A program made the position numbers and the translations under genes. The notes under the pieces are model-generated. The model did no database searches. It saw only the letters and a program-made list of their open reading frames with translations, and had not been told where the DNA came from. A stretch of 64,000 bases of DNA from NCBI GenBank assembly GCA_963697165.1, contig CAVOMX010000017.1, positions 15,849 through 79,848 on the forward strand, given 5' to 3'. The stretch comes from Candidatus Bathyarchaeota archaeon. Lineage in GTDB: Archaea; Thermoproteota; Bathyarchaeia; Bathyarchaeales; Bathyarchaeaceae. Shown one piece after another: positions 38,298 through 48,447 of the stretch (positions within the stretch are counted from its first letter, which is position 1; every line of letters begins with the position of its first letter).

Positions 38298-39178
38298 TTG
38301 AAAATGGGAATCATGACCAGAGACCAAAAAGGCTGGTGTTCCACACAGCTACGGAAAGCAATGGAAAAACAAAACATAACCCCAATCTGTTTCGGTTACC
38401 GCCCAATAATAGGACGCGTAAACTACACCCCTGAAGCTTCAGTAAACAAAATTAATCTTTCCAAAGACATAGATGCAATGATTACCCGTCCCATTGGACG
38501 GGGCTCCCTTGAAGAAATCATCTTCAGAATGAACCTTCTCCATAGACTAGAACGACTAGGACTACTAATCATCAATCCACCACATAGCCATCGAACGATC
38601 AGTAGACAAATACTGCTCACTAACAATCTTACACGAAAACGGCTTACCTGTCCCACGCACAGCCGTAACAGAAAGCCACGACGAAGCACTAGAATGCTTC
38701 CACGAACTAGGTGGAGACGTCGTAGTAAAACCCCTCTTCGGATCAAGAGGAATAGGCGCTACCAGAATCAACGACCCCGACATCGCAGCAAGAGTCTTCA
38801 GAACAATATCATTCTACCACGGCGTCCTCTACCTGCAAGAATTCATTCCTCACGGAGGCTCAGACATCCGCGCTTTCGTAATAGGTAGACCGAGTCATAG
38901 CCTCCATGCGCCGAGTATCAGAAAACTGGAAAACCAACGTGAGCCTCGGAGCAAAACCTGTACCCTTAAATCTGCCCAAAGAACTGGAAAACCTTGCAGT
39001 TAAAGCAGCCAAACTCATAGGCTGCAAAATTACGGGCGTAGACATCATCGAAGGACCAAACGGACCCGTAATTATAGAATTAAACAGCCAACCAGGATGG
39101 AGAGGACTTCAGTCGGTTACAAAAATAAACATTGCCGACGAAATCATCAACTACATCCTCTCTGAACTCAAATCATAG
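38298..39178 (+). pseudogene. RimK-family ATP-grasp ligase (RimK/MptN/CofF-like) with two +1 frameshifts
   Basis: Piece 1: ...ITRPIGRGSLEEIIFRMNLLHRLERLGLLIINPPH. Piece 2 (next frame): AIERSVDKYCSLTILHENGLPVPRTAV...VVVKPLFGSRGIGATRI...LYLQEFIPHGGSDIRAFVIG. Piece 3 (ORF 38906-39178): DRVIASMRRVSENWKTNVSLGA...ITGVDIIE...IIELNSQPGW. Shifts lie near 38586 and 38887. Confidence 0.8.
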
Positions 39179-39193
39179 GAGAAAAAAGATGGT

Positions 39194-40000
39194 ATGCGGG
39201 AGATACAAGTTTCCCGAGTAAACGTTTCAGACCAGACTGTCGAACAACGGACAGACTACGTAGCAGAAGAGACAGCCCTACATATATTCCTCAACAAACA
39301 CCACTACGGAACAATCCTCTGTTCCCCTAACCAACTAAAAGAAATGGTGATTGGACATCTTCTCTCGGAAGGACTCCTGCAATCAACAAGCGAAATAGAA
39401 GATTTACAACTAAAAAAAGACGGAAAATGCCTACTAACACTCAAACCAAACATAGACGTAGAGACACGAATCTCAACATCACAACGCTTCTCACGCCTAA
39501 TAGTTTCCGCCTGTGGCTCCCCAGACTATCGACCTCTCTCCGAAGTCATCGACAACCTCCCAAAACTGAAATGACTCCAACAGTAGACGCAGAAGTCATT
39601 TCACAGTCAGTAAAAAGCCTAAACACTATTGCTGAGAACTTCAGAAAAACAGGCGGAGTTCATGTTGCAGCACTCTATACCAAAGATGGAAAACTGGAGG
39701 CTCTGGCTGAAGATGTGGGACGCCACAACGCCGTCGACAAAGTCATCGGCTCAGGAGCAATAAAAAACATTGACTTCAAAAACATTTTTCTCGCCTTAAG
39801 CGGGCGTCTCACCGGAGACATAGTTTTGAAAGCTGCACGAATGAAAATTCCAATTATCGCTTCATTGTCAGCCGCAATCAGTTCTGGCTTAGAAGCAGCA
39901 CAACTAACAAGATGTTACCCTAATCGGTTTCGTCAGAGGCAAACGAATGAACGTTTACACAAGTCCAGAACGAATAATCTTTGGCTCCCGTAAAGTTTAA
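39194..40000 (+). pseudogene. fdhD: Formate dehydrogenase accessory sulfurtransferase FdhD with two frameshifts
   Basis: Piece 1 is ORF 39194-39574 (...IVSACGSPDY...). Piece 2: TPTVDAEVISQSV...TGGVHVAAL...GRHNAVDKVIG...IASLSAAISSGLEAAQL. Piece 3: DVTLIGFVRGKRMNVYTSPERIIFGSRKV*. Shifts lie at the A4 run 39562-39565 and near 39906-39912. Confidence 0.8.
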
Positions 40001-40031
40001 CAACAAACAACTTTGACAAACGTGATCAACG

Positions 40032-40666
40032 ATGACTGAAACAGACAAAAACAAGTTCGATTTTCTAAAAGATCAAGCTCTGGAGCTTGGCGCAACCGAA
40101 GCAAAAGTAATTCCAGCAAATGAAATAGTTGTCGAGAACCGAGTTGTACTCAAATGCAAAATAGGATGCAACAATTTCGGAAAAACGTTAATGTGCCCAC
40201 CTTACGCGCCCAGCGTTGACAGATTTTCGGAAAACCCTAAGTGAATACAGTTATGCTCTTGTTCTAAAATTCAAGAGTCAAGCAGAAGCAACACCAGAAG
40301 TTGCTACGTTGTTGTCCATGGATGAAAATGATTCATCATTAACCGAGAAAATGAAAGAGAAAATACGGGCATTCTGGGACGTCTTGGAACAATGACCGAA
40401 AAGAAGTACTCAAGAAACTTTGTGTACTCGAAAAGGCAGCCATGAATAAAGGGTACACCTTTGCATTAGCTTTCACTACAGGCTCTTGCGTAATATGCGA
40501 CAAATGCAATGTTGAACAAAAAGTTTGTATTCGTCCTACAAAAGCGCGCTGCTCAGCTCAAGCTGTGGGAATCAATATCCTGCAAACTCTAGAAAACGCT
40601 GGTATGCCAATGCCTTATCCATTCAAGAAGTCTCCCGAGTCCTTCGGTTTAATGTTAATCGCCTAA
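40032..40666 (+). pseudogene. DUF2284-type predicted metal-binding protein with two frameshifts
   Basis: Piece 1: ...LKCKIGCNNFGKTLMCPPYAPSVD. Piece 2: DFRKTLSEYSYALVLKFKSQAE...KIRAFWD. Piece 3: WNNDRKEVLKKLCVLEKAAMNKGYTFALAFTTGSCVICDKCN... Shifts lie near 40225 and 40385. Confidence 0.65.
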
Positions 40667-41451
40667 ACCCACAATCTCTATTCTCTACTTTGCTACTTTT
40701 CAGAAGAAAACCAAATCTAACTACTAACACAACATAATTCGTAATACATTATTTTCAGAACTCCAATTTTGTCGTTTCCACTCTGAAACATCTGTTTAGG
40801 TTTGATTCTTGCGATTATTTTCGAACCTTATATATGAGTCTAAATTATTAACTTGCAACCCACTGCTCTAAACTGAGTACTCTTTTCTTCGCCATTTTAG
40901 CTTTTAATATTGCACCTAGCATTAGATTTGCGCTTCTGTAATATGTCCTAAAACCGCTAAAAACTACTACATACGAACTAATTTCGTTTAAGAACAAACT
41001 CTGCATCCAAAACAGATTAGATGTCACCTCGAATTAGCATCAAACGAGATCAGAAATCAGCTTCTTCTTCGCCGTCTCATCTTCAAATTCGTGTTTGAAT
41101 CCTCTTTTCATAACGCTTCTTGACTGTTTTGTCTCTTTGGGTGCCAGAGTTTTGAACAGGCTCTCTTTTGCAACTATTTTTTCTTTGTTTTTGGTGCGAA
41201 ATTATGCGAAAGCGAACAATATTTACTTTTAAAAAGCAATTCCCATCTATAATAATCGTCTATTTTACAGTTTTTATGATGTAAACCATGTTTATCTTGG
41301 TTTTCCTCGTTTAGTTAGACTCGAAAAAGCCGATGATGGAAACGAAATCAGACGAAACATGTGAACCGAAAGTAGCCACGCCTAGTATAGTTATGTACCC
41401 GAAAAATGAGATTTGAATGGATAGGAAAAGAATAATAAGTTAAAAATTTAT

Positions 41452-42081
41452 TTGTTGGACGCGATTGTCTTGCAAAGATCGGCGATTATTCTCGCGGGTG
41501 GCTTCTCTAGAAGGTTTGGCAGCGATAAAGGACTAGTTGTATTGGCTAATAAGCCCCTTGTTGTTCATGTGATTGACCGCATATCCCCTGTAGTTGACGA
41601 AGTTCTCTTGGTAGTCAGCTCTGAAGCTCAGAAACAGAGTTTTGAGCCTATCTTGGAAAACAAAGCAAAACTGATCATTGACAAAGACGATTCCCAGAGC
41701 CCCCTTATTGGAGCCATAACAGGATTCGAAACCGCAAAGGGGGAATACTCAGTGCTTCTACCATGTGACACCCCCTTAATTTCAACCAAAATAGTTCAGT
41801 TTTTTCTAGATTTGTGCACCAACAGAAGCGCTGTTATTCCCAGATGGCCAAGCGGATATATTGAACCTCTGCAAGCAGTTTATCACACAAAATCAGCCTT
41901 AACTGCAGCGAAAAACGCGCTAGCCGAGGGAAACATGAACATGCAGTCAATGATTGATGATCTAATGGGAGTACGCTATGTTTCCACAATGGTTTTGGAG
42001 CAAATGGAACCTGAGCTTGTGACCTTTTTTAACGTCAATACTCCTCAGGATCTACAGAAAGCTGCCGCAATTCTGAACTAA
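41452..42081 (+). CDS. mobA: Molybdenum cofactor guanylyltransferase MobA
   Basis: AIILAGGFSRRFGSDKGL, LPCDTPLI. TTG start. Confidence 0.85.
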   Translation: MLDAIVLQRSAIILAGGFSRRFGSDKGLVVLANKPLVVHVIDRISPVVDEVLLVVSSEAQKQSFEPILENKAKLIIDKDDSQSPLIGAITGFETAKGEYSVLLPCDTPLISTKIVQFFLDLCTNRSAVIPRWPSGYIEPLQAVYHTKSALTAAKNALAEGNMNMQSMIDDLMGVRYVSTMVLEQMEPELVTFFNVNTPQDLQKAAAILN

Positions 42082-42345
42082 ATCATTATATTGGATGTTA
42101 GTTCTAATGTTGTGTCTTGACATAAAAATTGCTTTTTGAGAAAAACTCACCTGTTGATTTTTAACTTTTTTGTTTATATACGATCAACGGCTTCAACTAA
42201 TTAATTTTCTTTTAAAAAAATTTTGACTCCAAAAGAGTGAAAAACAATGTTATGACACTACATAATTGGCACTTACTTGCAGCGGAAGCGTGTGTGAATA
42301 GACGAAGAATATTAAACCTTCGATATTGAATTCAGTAAAGAGGCA

Positions 42346-43110
42346 TTGTTATTGAATAAAGTCGATGTATTCGCAGTAACTGGTTTGCCTATTGTAAAAG
42401 AAGGAGATGATCTTGCCCTACTGATTTGTCAAGCCGCTGAAAAGCAGGGAACTCCGATCCAAAATGGTGACGTAATAGTAGTCACTCACGTTGTAGTTTC
42501 TAGAGTTGAAGGAAATGTTGTAGACCTCGAAACAGTAACCCCCTCCGAATTTGCAAAAACAGTAGCTAAAACAACACACAAAGACCCCAAACTCGTTGAA
42601 GTTATTCTCAGAGAATCTAAAAGCATCGTACGTATGAGTAACGGAAAACTCATCACAGAAAGCAAACAAGGGTTGGTTTGCGCTAACTCAGGGATTGATC
42701 AGTCTAACGTTCCCGGAAAAACAGTTGTAGCGCCTTTGCCTAAAGATTCTGATAATTCAGCACGAACGATACGAAAAAATGTGCTGAATATTTCTGGAAA
42801 AGACGTGGCCGTCATTGTATCGGACACGCATGGACGTCCACTTCGTCAGGGTGAAATCAACATAGCTTTAGGCACTTCCGGATTCGAGCCACTACGAGAT
42901 CGAAGAGGCGAAAAAGACCTTTTCGGGTACACAATTAGAATCAAAAGAACCGCTATCGCTGACGAGTTAGCTTCAGCCGCTGAATTGGTTATAGGACAAA
43001 CAAATGAAGGCATTCCAGTAGCCATAATTCGTGGATATCTATACCCGAAATCTGAAACCGCAAACGCAAAGAAAATGATACGTCCTCCGGAAGAAGATTT
43101 GTTTATCTAA
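42346..43110 (+). CDS. cofE: Coenzyme F420-0:L-glutamate ligase CofE
   Basis: VFAVTGLPIVKEGDDLALLI, GDVIVVTHVVVSRVEG, ANSGIDQSN and VSDTHGRPLRQG fit the CofE/FbiB N-terminal-domain family. Confidence 0.85.
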   Translation: MLLNKVDVFAVTGLPIVKEGDDLALLICQAAEKQGTPIQNGDVIVVTHVVVSRVEGNVVDLETVTPSEFAKTVAKTTHKDPKLVEVILRESKSIVRMSNGKLITESKQGLVCANSGIDQSNVPGKTVVAPLPKDSDNSARTIRKNVLNISGKDVAVIVSDTHGRPLRQGEINIALGTSGFEPLRDRRGEKDLFGYTIRIKRTAIADELASAAELVIGQTNEGIPVAIIRGYLYPKSETANAKKMIRPPEEDLFI

Positions 43111-43135
43111 AACATTTTTTGGAACAAACAAGCAA

Positions 43136-43858
43136 ATGACCACCAAAACAGACGTCCTGATATCCATACTAAAAAATACAAACAGTGGTCCCGCTGTAAA
43201 AGAAATTATTGCCCAAGAAGCCAACATTCCGGTTCACATTACAAATGGCATTCTGAATGAGCTTCGTGAAATTGGACTTATCGAATGTGAAAACGAACTA
43301 ATCGAAGTATCTTCGAACCAACGAGTCAAACTTGCCATTCACGCAATCAACCAAGGAACTGATATTGAAAGAGTCTGCGAAGTTCTTGAATGGATAGAGT
43401 TTGAAAATTTTGCAGCCACAGCCTTTGAAAAAAACAACTTCAATGTTAAACGACGATTCCGATTCAAAGCAGCACAAAGAAGATGGGAAATCGATGTCCT
43501 CGCGTATAGTGAACCAATTGTTGTTTGCGTAGATTGCAAACGTTGGCGGCGTGGTTGGGGAAATTCAGCAATAACAAGAGTTGCTGCAGCACAGGCACAA
43601 AGAACTGAAGTGTTAGCAAAGAATCTTCAGGATATTCAACGAAAAATAGGTTTGGCTGATTGGAAACAAGCAACTCTTTTTCCCGCAATCTTGTCGCTGT
43701 TTCCGGGTCCAGTAAAAGTCTACAACAAAGTGCCTGTTGTTCCTATTTTGCAGCTTCAAAACTTCGTGGATGAGTTCCAAGGACACATTACGGAATTAGC
43801 CCACTTTAGGGCGACTTTAGGAGCCAAACTATCTTATTACCTCGACAGGGATCAATGA
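43136..43858 (+). CDS. Winged-helix DNA-binding domain fused to PD-(D/E)xK (restriction-endonuclease-fold) domain
   Basis: N-terminal wHTH: VKEIIAQEANIPVHITNGILNELREIGLIE. C-terminal part: FENFAATAFEKNNF...RWEIDVLAY...VVCVDCKRW, i.e. the E...D...(D/E)xK arrangement. Confidence 0.55.
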   Translation: MTTKTDVLISILKNTNSGPAVKEIIAQEANIPVHITNGILNELREIGLIECENELIEVSSNQRVKLAIHAINQGTDIERVCEVLEWIEFENFAATAFEKNNFNVKRRFRFKAAQRRWEIDVLAYSEPIVVCVDCKRWRRGWGNSAITRVAAAQAQRTEVLAKNLQDIQRKIGLADWKQATLFPAILSLFPGPVKVYNKVPVVPILQLQNFVDEFQGHITELAHFRATLGAKLSYYLDRDQ

Positions 43859-43989
43859 TGCAAGAGTATTTATTCTCTGAATGGCTCGTTGTCATATATT
43901 TTTATCTATGTCGGTACGATTTTTTTGATAAAATAATGATGTCTTAATTATTTTTAGGCAATATTTTGTATCTCTGATGGCACAGTTAA

Positions 43990-44640
43990 TAATTGTGTTT
44001 TTTTGTCTAAACGGTTGTGTATTAGTTTTACTGGACGGTCAACAATGATTCAAAAACAGTTTTCTTTAATGCCCTAATTTTCTCAAAGATACTTACTAGA
44101 CCTGTTTCTGTGCAAGTTTCCGATAGGGTTCGTTTGCGAGAAGAAGGAGATCATTAGCTAAAGCTCGAGCAAATGTAACTCTGGCGTTACCCTCCACTTA
44201 GTTGAACAGATAAGTATTGATTCAATGCTCCAAACAAATCAGCTTGAGCAGCTTTTCTGAGCGGTCTTTTTGTTTTTTCTCTTTTCCAACCAAGCTAACT
44301 CTATAACAAAGACGATGTTTTTGACTGCTGTTAATGTCGAAATTGGGTTGTAGGATTGAAAAACAAATCCGATGTACGTTAAGCGGAACGTTCCCAAAAA
44401 GTTTTCGTTATATGTTCAAAGGTCAAAGTAAAAAACAACAATCTGTACACTTGTTGGTTTATCCAAGGCCCCCATCAGATTAAGAAGAGTTGTCTTTCCT
44501 AGGCCAGAACGACCATTTACAAAAATGAATTCGCTGATTCAACCGTAAGGTCTAAGTTCTTTACGGGTTCAATAACCACTGCATCAATTCGAATTGCATT
44601 AACAAAGCAAAAACTACAACAACTTTCTATCTCATCATCT
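43990..44640 (-). pseudogene. Decayed ABC transporter ATP-binding gene (MacB/LolD-like) with in-frame stops and frameshifts
   Basis: Minus-strand fragments in several frames: NAIRIDAVVIEPVKNLDLTVES, EFIFVNGRSGLGKTTLLNLMGALDKPT (Walker A), IGFVFQSYNPISTLTAVKNI (Q-loop) and LSGG*RQ (signature followed by TAA). Confidence 0.7.
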
Positions 44641-45276
44641 GTCGGCGTGTTTGGATCTGAAATGGTGAATGTCCAATGAGGTTACACTTCCGTTTACCTT
44701 CACATAACAAGTGATTGTTTAGGCTTTGAAAGCATTGTAAACCCTCATTTAATGAGGGGCTATGTTTGCTGATCGCTTCGACTGATAAAATGATATTTAA
44801 GTGAAAAATGTGAAGAATCGCTGGAAATTGTTGATGCTTTTGTATCCACACGTTGCTAAGGAATATTTCTTAAGTATCCCAAAGATGCTTTGAAGTGATA
44901 TGTCCTGATTTTTGCTTTAAATTATGGGTGAACACTCACATGTTTTAGGTTACAAGGCCTACCCTTTTTGTGTAAAAAACATGAGTGTTTATTGTTGGCT
45001 CTGGAACATTTCAACGTTTTTGGAAGTGATACATATGGCGTGATCTGTCGCTAATCACGCTAGTATTTGGGTTGACTCTATTGTTGTCTTTGACTTTTTT
45101 TCCTACAGCTTTGCTATCTAACAGTTTGACGAAACTGTTACATCAACTTTGTTTTAACACTAAAATGTTTATTTAAGTTTTTTCCACTATGGATATTGAC
45201 AATTTCGGATTCCAGAAAACTGATGCAAAAAAAGACCCAGTAAATTGATACCAAAAAGGGGCTTTCTTTGAATAAC

Positions 45277-45973
45277 TTAGAACCTTTTCTTCAGTAATTT
45301 GGGGAAGTATCTTCGCCAGTCCAAATGTGCATACCTGGACAAGGAAGACCCAACACCAACCATGCTGCGTAGGGTCCAGCCGCCATAAACAGACAGATCA
45401 AAACCCGTGAAGCCGAAAGTCTCAATTAATTCTGTTGCTCGCAAGTGACGCAGAGCGTGAGTTCTAAACGGTTTATTGTGTGCCTTAACGGGTTTGGGTT
45501 TGGGGTCCTCCGGGTCGTACTGGCTATATTTTTCTATTGGATAACTCAGTCCAGAGAAAGTCTCCTTTGCGTAGTCCCAAGCCTTTTGTCTAGTGAACGG
45601 AAAGACTTTGTCGTTTCCCTGCTCCAGATAATAATTGTAAAGCTGTTCCGTCCATGGTTCAAACTTTTTTTCAAGGGGCAATGCAATCTTTCTTATTTTT
45701 CCGTCACGTTTCGCGGTTCTAACTGTGAAGATTGCGGCTTCGCTTTTGATGTCTCCAAGTTCAAAGGTCTCGAGTTTAACGTCTTGTCCAGTTGGACCGC
45801 GAGCCACTGTTTGATTGTGTGACTATATCGTAGCGGTTTGTTGTTCCAATTATTTCTGAAGCCCTTGCACAAAAGAGGTAGGCGGCCATTAAGCAGAACT
45901 TTGCTTCTTTTTTTGTTGCTGTTTCTATTCTTTTTCGTACTGTTTCCACTTCAGGTAACGTCAGGTCATCCAT
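45277..45973 (-). pseudogene. Tyrosine recombinase/integrase remnant (catalytic domain only, one frameshift near 45776-45810)
   Basis: ORF 45776-45973 has ...AAYLFCARASEIIG (box I Arg). ORF 45277-45807 has THALRHLRATELIE (HxxR), YGGW and LSRYAHL (catalytic Tyr). There is no N-terminal core-binding domain. Confidence 0.7.
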
Positions 45974-46240
45974 CTTTGTTCGTCGCTCAAGGTGTTTATT
46001 GATGTTAGTCTATTTAAGATTGACAGTTGGCGAGAACTGTTAATCGAGTTATTGGATAAATGAGGCTCCCGCGTCGATCCTTAGGGCACATAGTTAGCAC
46101 TGGTGATGCAGATTTTAGTCCATAATACATGATTCACCAACATCACCAAATGGTCTAAAATTATTGTTCACAGGGGGCAAAAGTGGTTAGTTTTGTCTAC
46201 GTTCTTCACTACATATAGCACCACTCTCAAAATCAAAGGC

Positions 46241-46973
46241 TCAAAAATCCGTTCTTTTGTGACACCAAGTCGAAGAAGCAGTAAAGCAAAAACGTTGGTG
46301 ACACACAAAAGCGAGCAGATCAACAGGGTTACGGTAGTTATATGCTTTAATTTCTCTCAGTAACGTGGATACAAAAGCATCAACAAAACTCCCGCTAGGC
46401 ACTGATGATTTCCGAAAAACCATAAGATAGTGATACTTGAGCTCATGTGCCTTCAAAACTGTTAAACCCTGCTTTTCAAAGAGACGACTCGTTTGTTCTT
46501 TAGAAACCCTGACGGATACAGGGGGTCCAAAGCCAGTTTTCTCTTTCTTGAAATCAATTATAGCTACTTGTCCGTCTGGTTTGAGTACCCTTCGTATCTC
46601 GTTGATTATCTTCTCTGCGTCGTGGAATTCGTGAAGCGTGTTTACTGACAGCAGCAAGTCTACACTTTCGTTTTGGAGCGGAATCTCATTTTCTTTTGAG
46701 CGCAAGGTTTCAATGTTCAATATTTTTTGTGTTTGAATCTTCTCTTCAAGAAACTCTAACATTTCCTTTTGAACATCAATGCCGTATACTTTCTTGACCT
46801 TACGAGAAATTGGAACCGTAAAGTATCCGCTTCCACAACCTAAGTCAGCCACAACATAGGATGGCTTAAGCTCCAGCAATTCCCATTATTTCTTCGGGAT
46901 TCTGCCAAGTCTTCCTATCTTCAGACTCTAAAGTATCGATGTGTTTCGGGTTAAAAACCTGCGATTCCTTCAT
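46241..46973 (-). pseudogene. Class I SAM-dependent methyltransferase with one frameshift near 46885-46892
   Basis: ATG at 46973 behind AGGAGGA: MKESQVFNPKHIDTLESEDRKTWQNPEEIMG... in one frame, then ELLELKPSYVVADLGCGSGYF (motif I) in the frame of ORF 46241-46879. Confidence 0.7.
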
Positions 46974-47149
46974 TTCTGGTTCCTCCTTTTCTTGACAAAC
47001 GTTGAACACCCATCAACAATGATGTAAGTGGTTACATTTTAATTAACTGATTCTGGGCATAGGACACCCAATCCAACACGTGCTTTCTCTTCTCGTTTTC
47101 GAAAAGATAATATCTTTTTCTACTACGATTACTATTAGATGACTTCGAT

Positions 47150-48328
47150 ATGCCGACTAATCTTCCTCCAGAGGCTAAAAAGAAGTATCAAGAAGCGACT
47201 CTTGCTAGGCGACCTGAGGAAAAAATCAAGAAACTGCAAGAGTTCATGAGCATGTTTCCTAAGCATAAAGGTACAGAAACTCTTCGTGCACAAGTTAAAA
47301 CAAAGATTTCGCGGCTAAAACAGGAGATCGAAGATAAAAAGCAAAAGAGAACGGGCGTAGCAACTGGACCCAAAGTTTTTGTAGAAAAAGAGGGGGATGC
47401 TCAAATCGTTATTTTGGGACCAACCAATGTTGGACGTAGTAGTTTATTGTCTACTCTAACTAACTCAAAAGTGGCGATTTGGAATTATCCATATACCACA
47501 ACGGAGCTGACGCCAGGAATGTTTAATTATAAAGATTTACAGTTGCAGATGGTTGAAGCACCAGCACTTATGAATGGTTCTTCAGAGGGGGGTTCTTGGG
47601 GTTTGCAAACTTTGACTTCTGCCAGAAACGCTGATGGTCTTGTTTTAATGGTGGATTTGTCGCAGGATCCCGTTGAACAGTTCTCGCTTATCATTAAAGA
47701 GTTAGAAAAAGCAAAACTTCTTACGAAAAAGCCCAAAGCGCGTATAGAAATTGAGAAGAAGCATATGGGCGCCAAATTAAAGTTCATTGTTTTGGGGAAA
47801 TTGATTGATTGTTCAGTTAAGGATTTGACGCAGCTTCTTAAAAGCTACGGAATACGTGATGCCACGGTTAAGATTCGGGGCGAAGCTACACTAGATGATG
47901 TTGAAGAAGCAATTTTTGAGGGCAAAGTGTATAGACCTGCCATAATTTTAGCCAACAAGGCAGACCATCCGAAGGCTGCTGAAAAATTAGAACAACTCAA
48001 AAAGGTTGTAGGCAATAAAATGAAGATTATTGCCGTGTCATGTAAAACAAAGGTGGGGATGGAGAATCTTGGGGCTGAACTGTTTGGTATGCTTGATGTA
48101 ATGCGTGTCTACACTAAGGAACCAAATAAGAAAGATTCTTCAAGGCGACCTTTCACTATCAGAAAAGGCTCAACCGTCTTTGATTTGGCTAAAAGAATTC
48201 ACAGCGACTTCTACGAGCAGTTTACGTACGCGAAAGTATGGTCAAAGAGGTTACGTTTTAGTCCACAAAAGGTAGGTGGAACTTTTACTCTTGAAGACGG
48301 CGACACAGTGGAACTTCACATAAATTAG
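47150..48328 (+). CDS. DRG/OBG-class GTPase homolog with C-terminal TGS domain; G1 and G3 motifs degenerate
   Basis: N-terminus LPPEAKKKYQEATLARRPEEKIKKLQEF...HKGTETLRAQ. G1 reads GPTNVGRSS (Lys replaced by Arg), G3 reads MVEAPAL instead of DxPG, and G4 NKAD is present. TGS-like end GDTVELHI. Confidence 0.85.
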   Translation: MPTNLPPEAKKKYQEATLARRPEEKIKKLQEFMSMFPKHKGTETLRAQVKTKISRLKQEIEDKKQKRTGVATGPKVFVEKEGDAQIVILGPTNVGRSSLLSTLTNSKVAIWNYPYTTTELTPGMFNYKDLQLQMVEAPALMNGSSEGGSWGLQTLTSARNADGLVLMVDLSQDPVEQFSLIIKELEKAKLLTKKPKARIEIEKKHMGAKLKFIVLGKLIDCSVKDLTQLLKSYGIRDATVKIRGEATLDDVEEAIFEGKVYRPAIILANKADHPKAAEKLEQLKKVVGNKMKIIAVSCKTKVGMENLGAELFGMLDVMRVYTKEPNKKDSSRRPFTIRKGSTVFDLAKRIHSDFYEQFTYAKVWSKRLRFSPQKVGGTFTLEDGDTVELHIN

Positions 48329-48447
48329 CATAGAAATTTTTTGCGATCATCTTCGAAGCTTATATTCTCCAAAAATCTCGAGATTGATGTTTATTTTTGA
48401 GAATAAATGGGTATCACAGTTTACCCGTTTTTGATGCCGTTTTTTGT

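Noticed and set aside
38581-38590. Possible programmed frameshift signal: the extra base creates TAG at three sites (caTAGcc 38585-38587, ggTAGac 38886-38888, aaTAGca 56930-56932)
   Set aside because: The TAG is not in the reading frame at any site. Other frameshift sites lack it (homopolymer changes, cgaTggt and others). The exact inserted base is ambiguous, so the pattern is probably coincidence.
38590-38888. Extremely Arg-rich tail of ORF 38298-38888 (protamine-like peptide?)
   Set aside because: The adjacent frame of the same DNA encodes the canonical ATP-grasp core (VVVKPLFGSRGIG...), so the Arg-rich text is a frameshift artefact.
43851-43980. C/D-box sRNA candidates (ATGATG...CTGA); another at 26434-26520
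   Set aside because: The boxes deviate from RUGAUGA/CUGA, internal C'/D' boxes are missing, and the spacing (26, 33 or about 75 nt) does not fit archaeal C/D sRNAs.
44627-44851. 74-aa minus-strand ORF
   Set aside because: Its composition is unnatural (His/Gln/Cys-rich) and it has no motif. It lies in the decayed island adjoining the ABC ATPase remnant.
45974-46240. tRNA gene or att site next to the integrase fragment (SSV-type split integrase idea)
   Set aside because: I could not fold any cloverleaf or find a T-arm (GGTTCRAATCC-like) on either strand here or elsewhere in the window. The moderately GC-rich gaggctcccgcgtcgatcc segment does not form acceptor or T stems.
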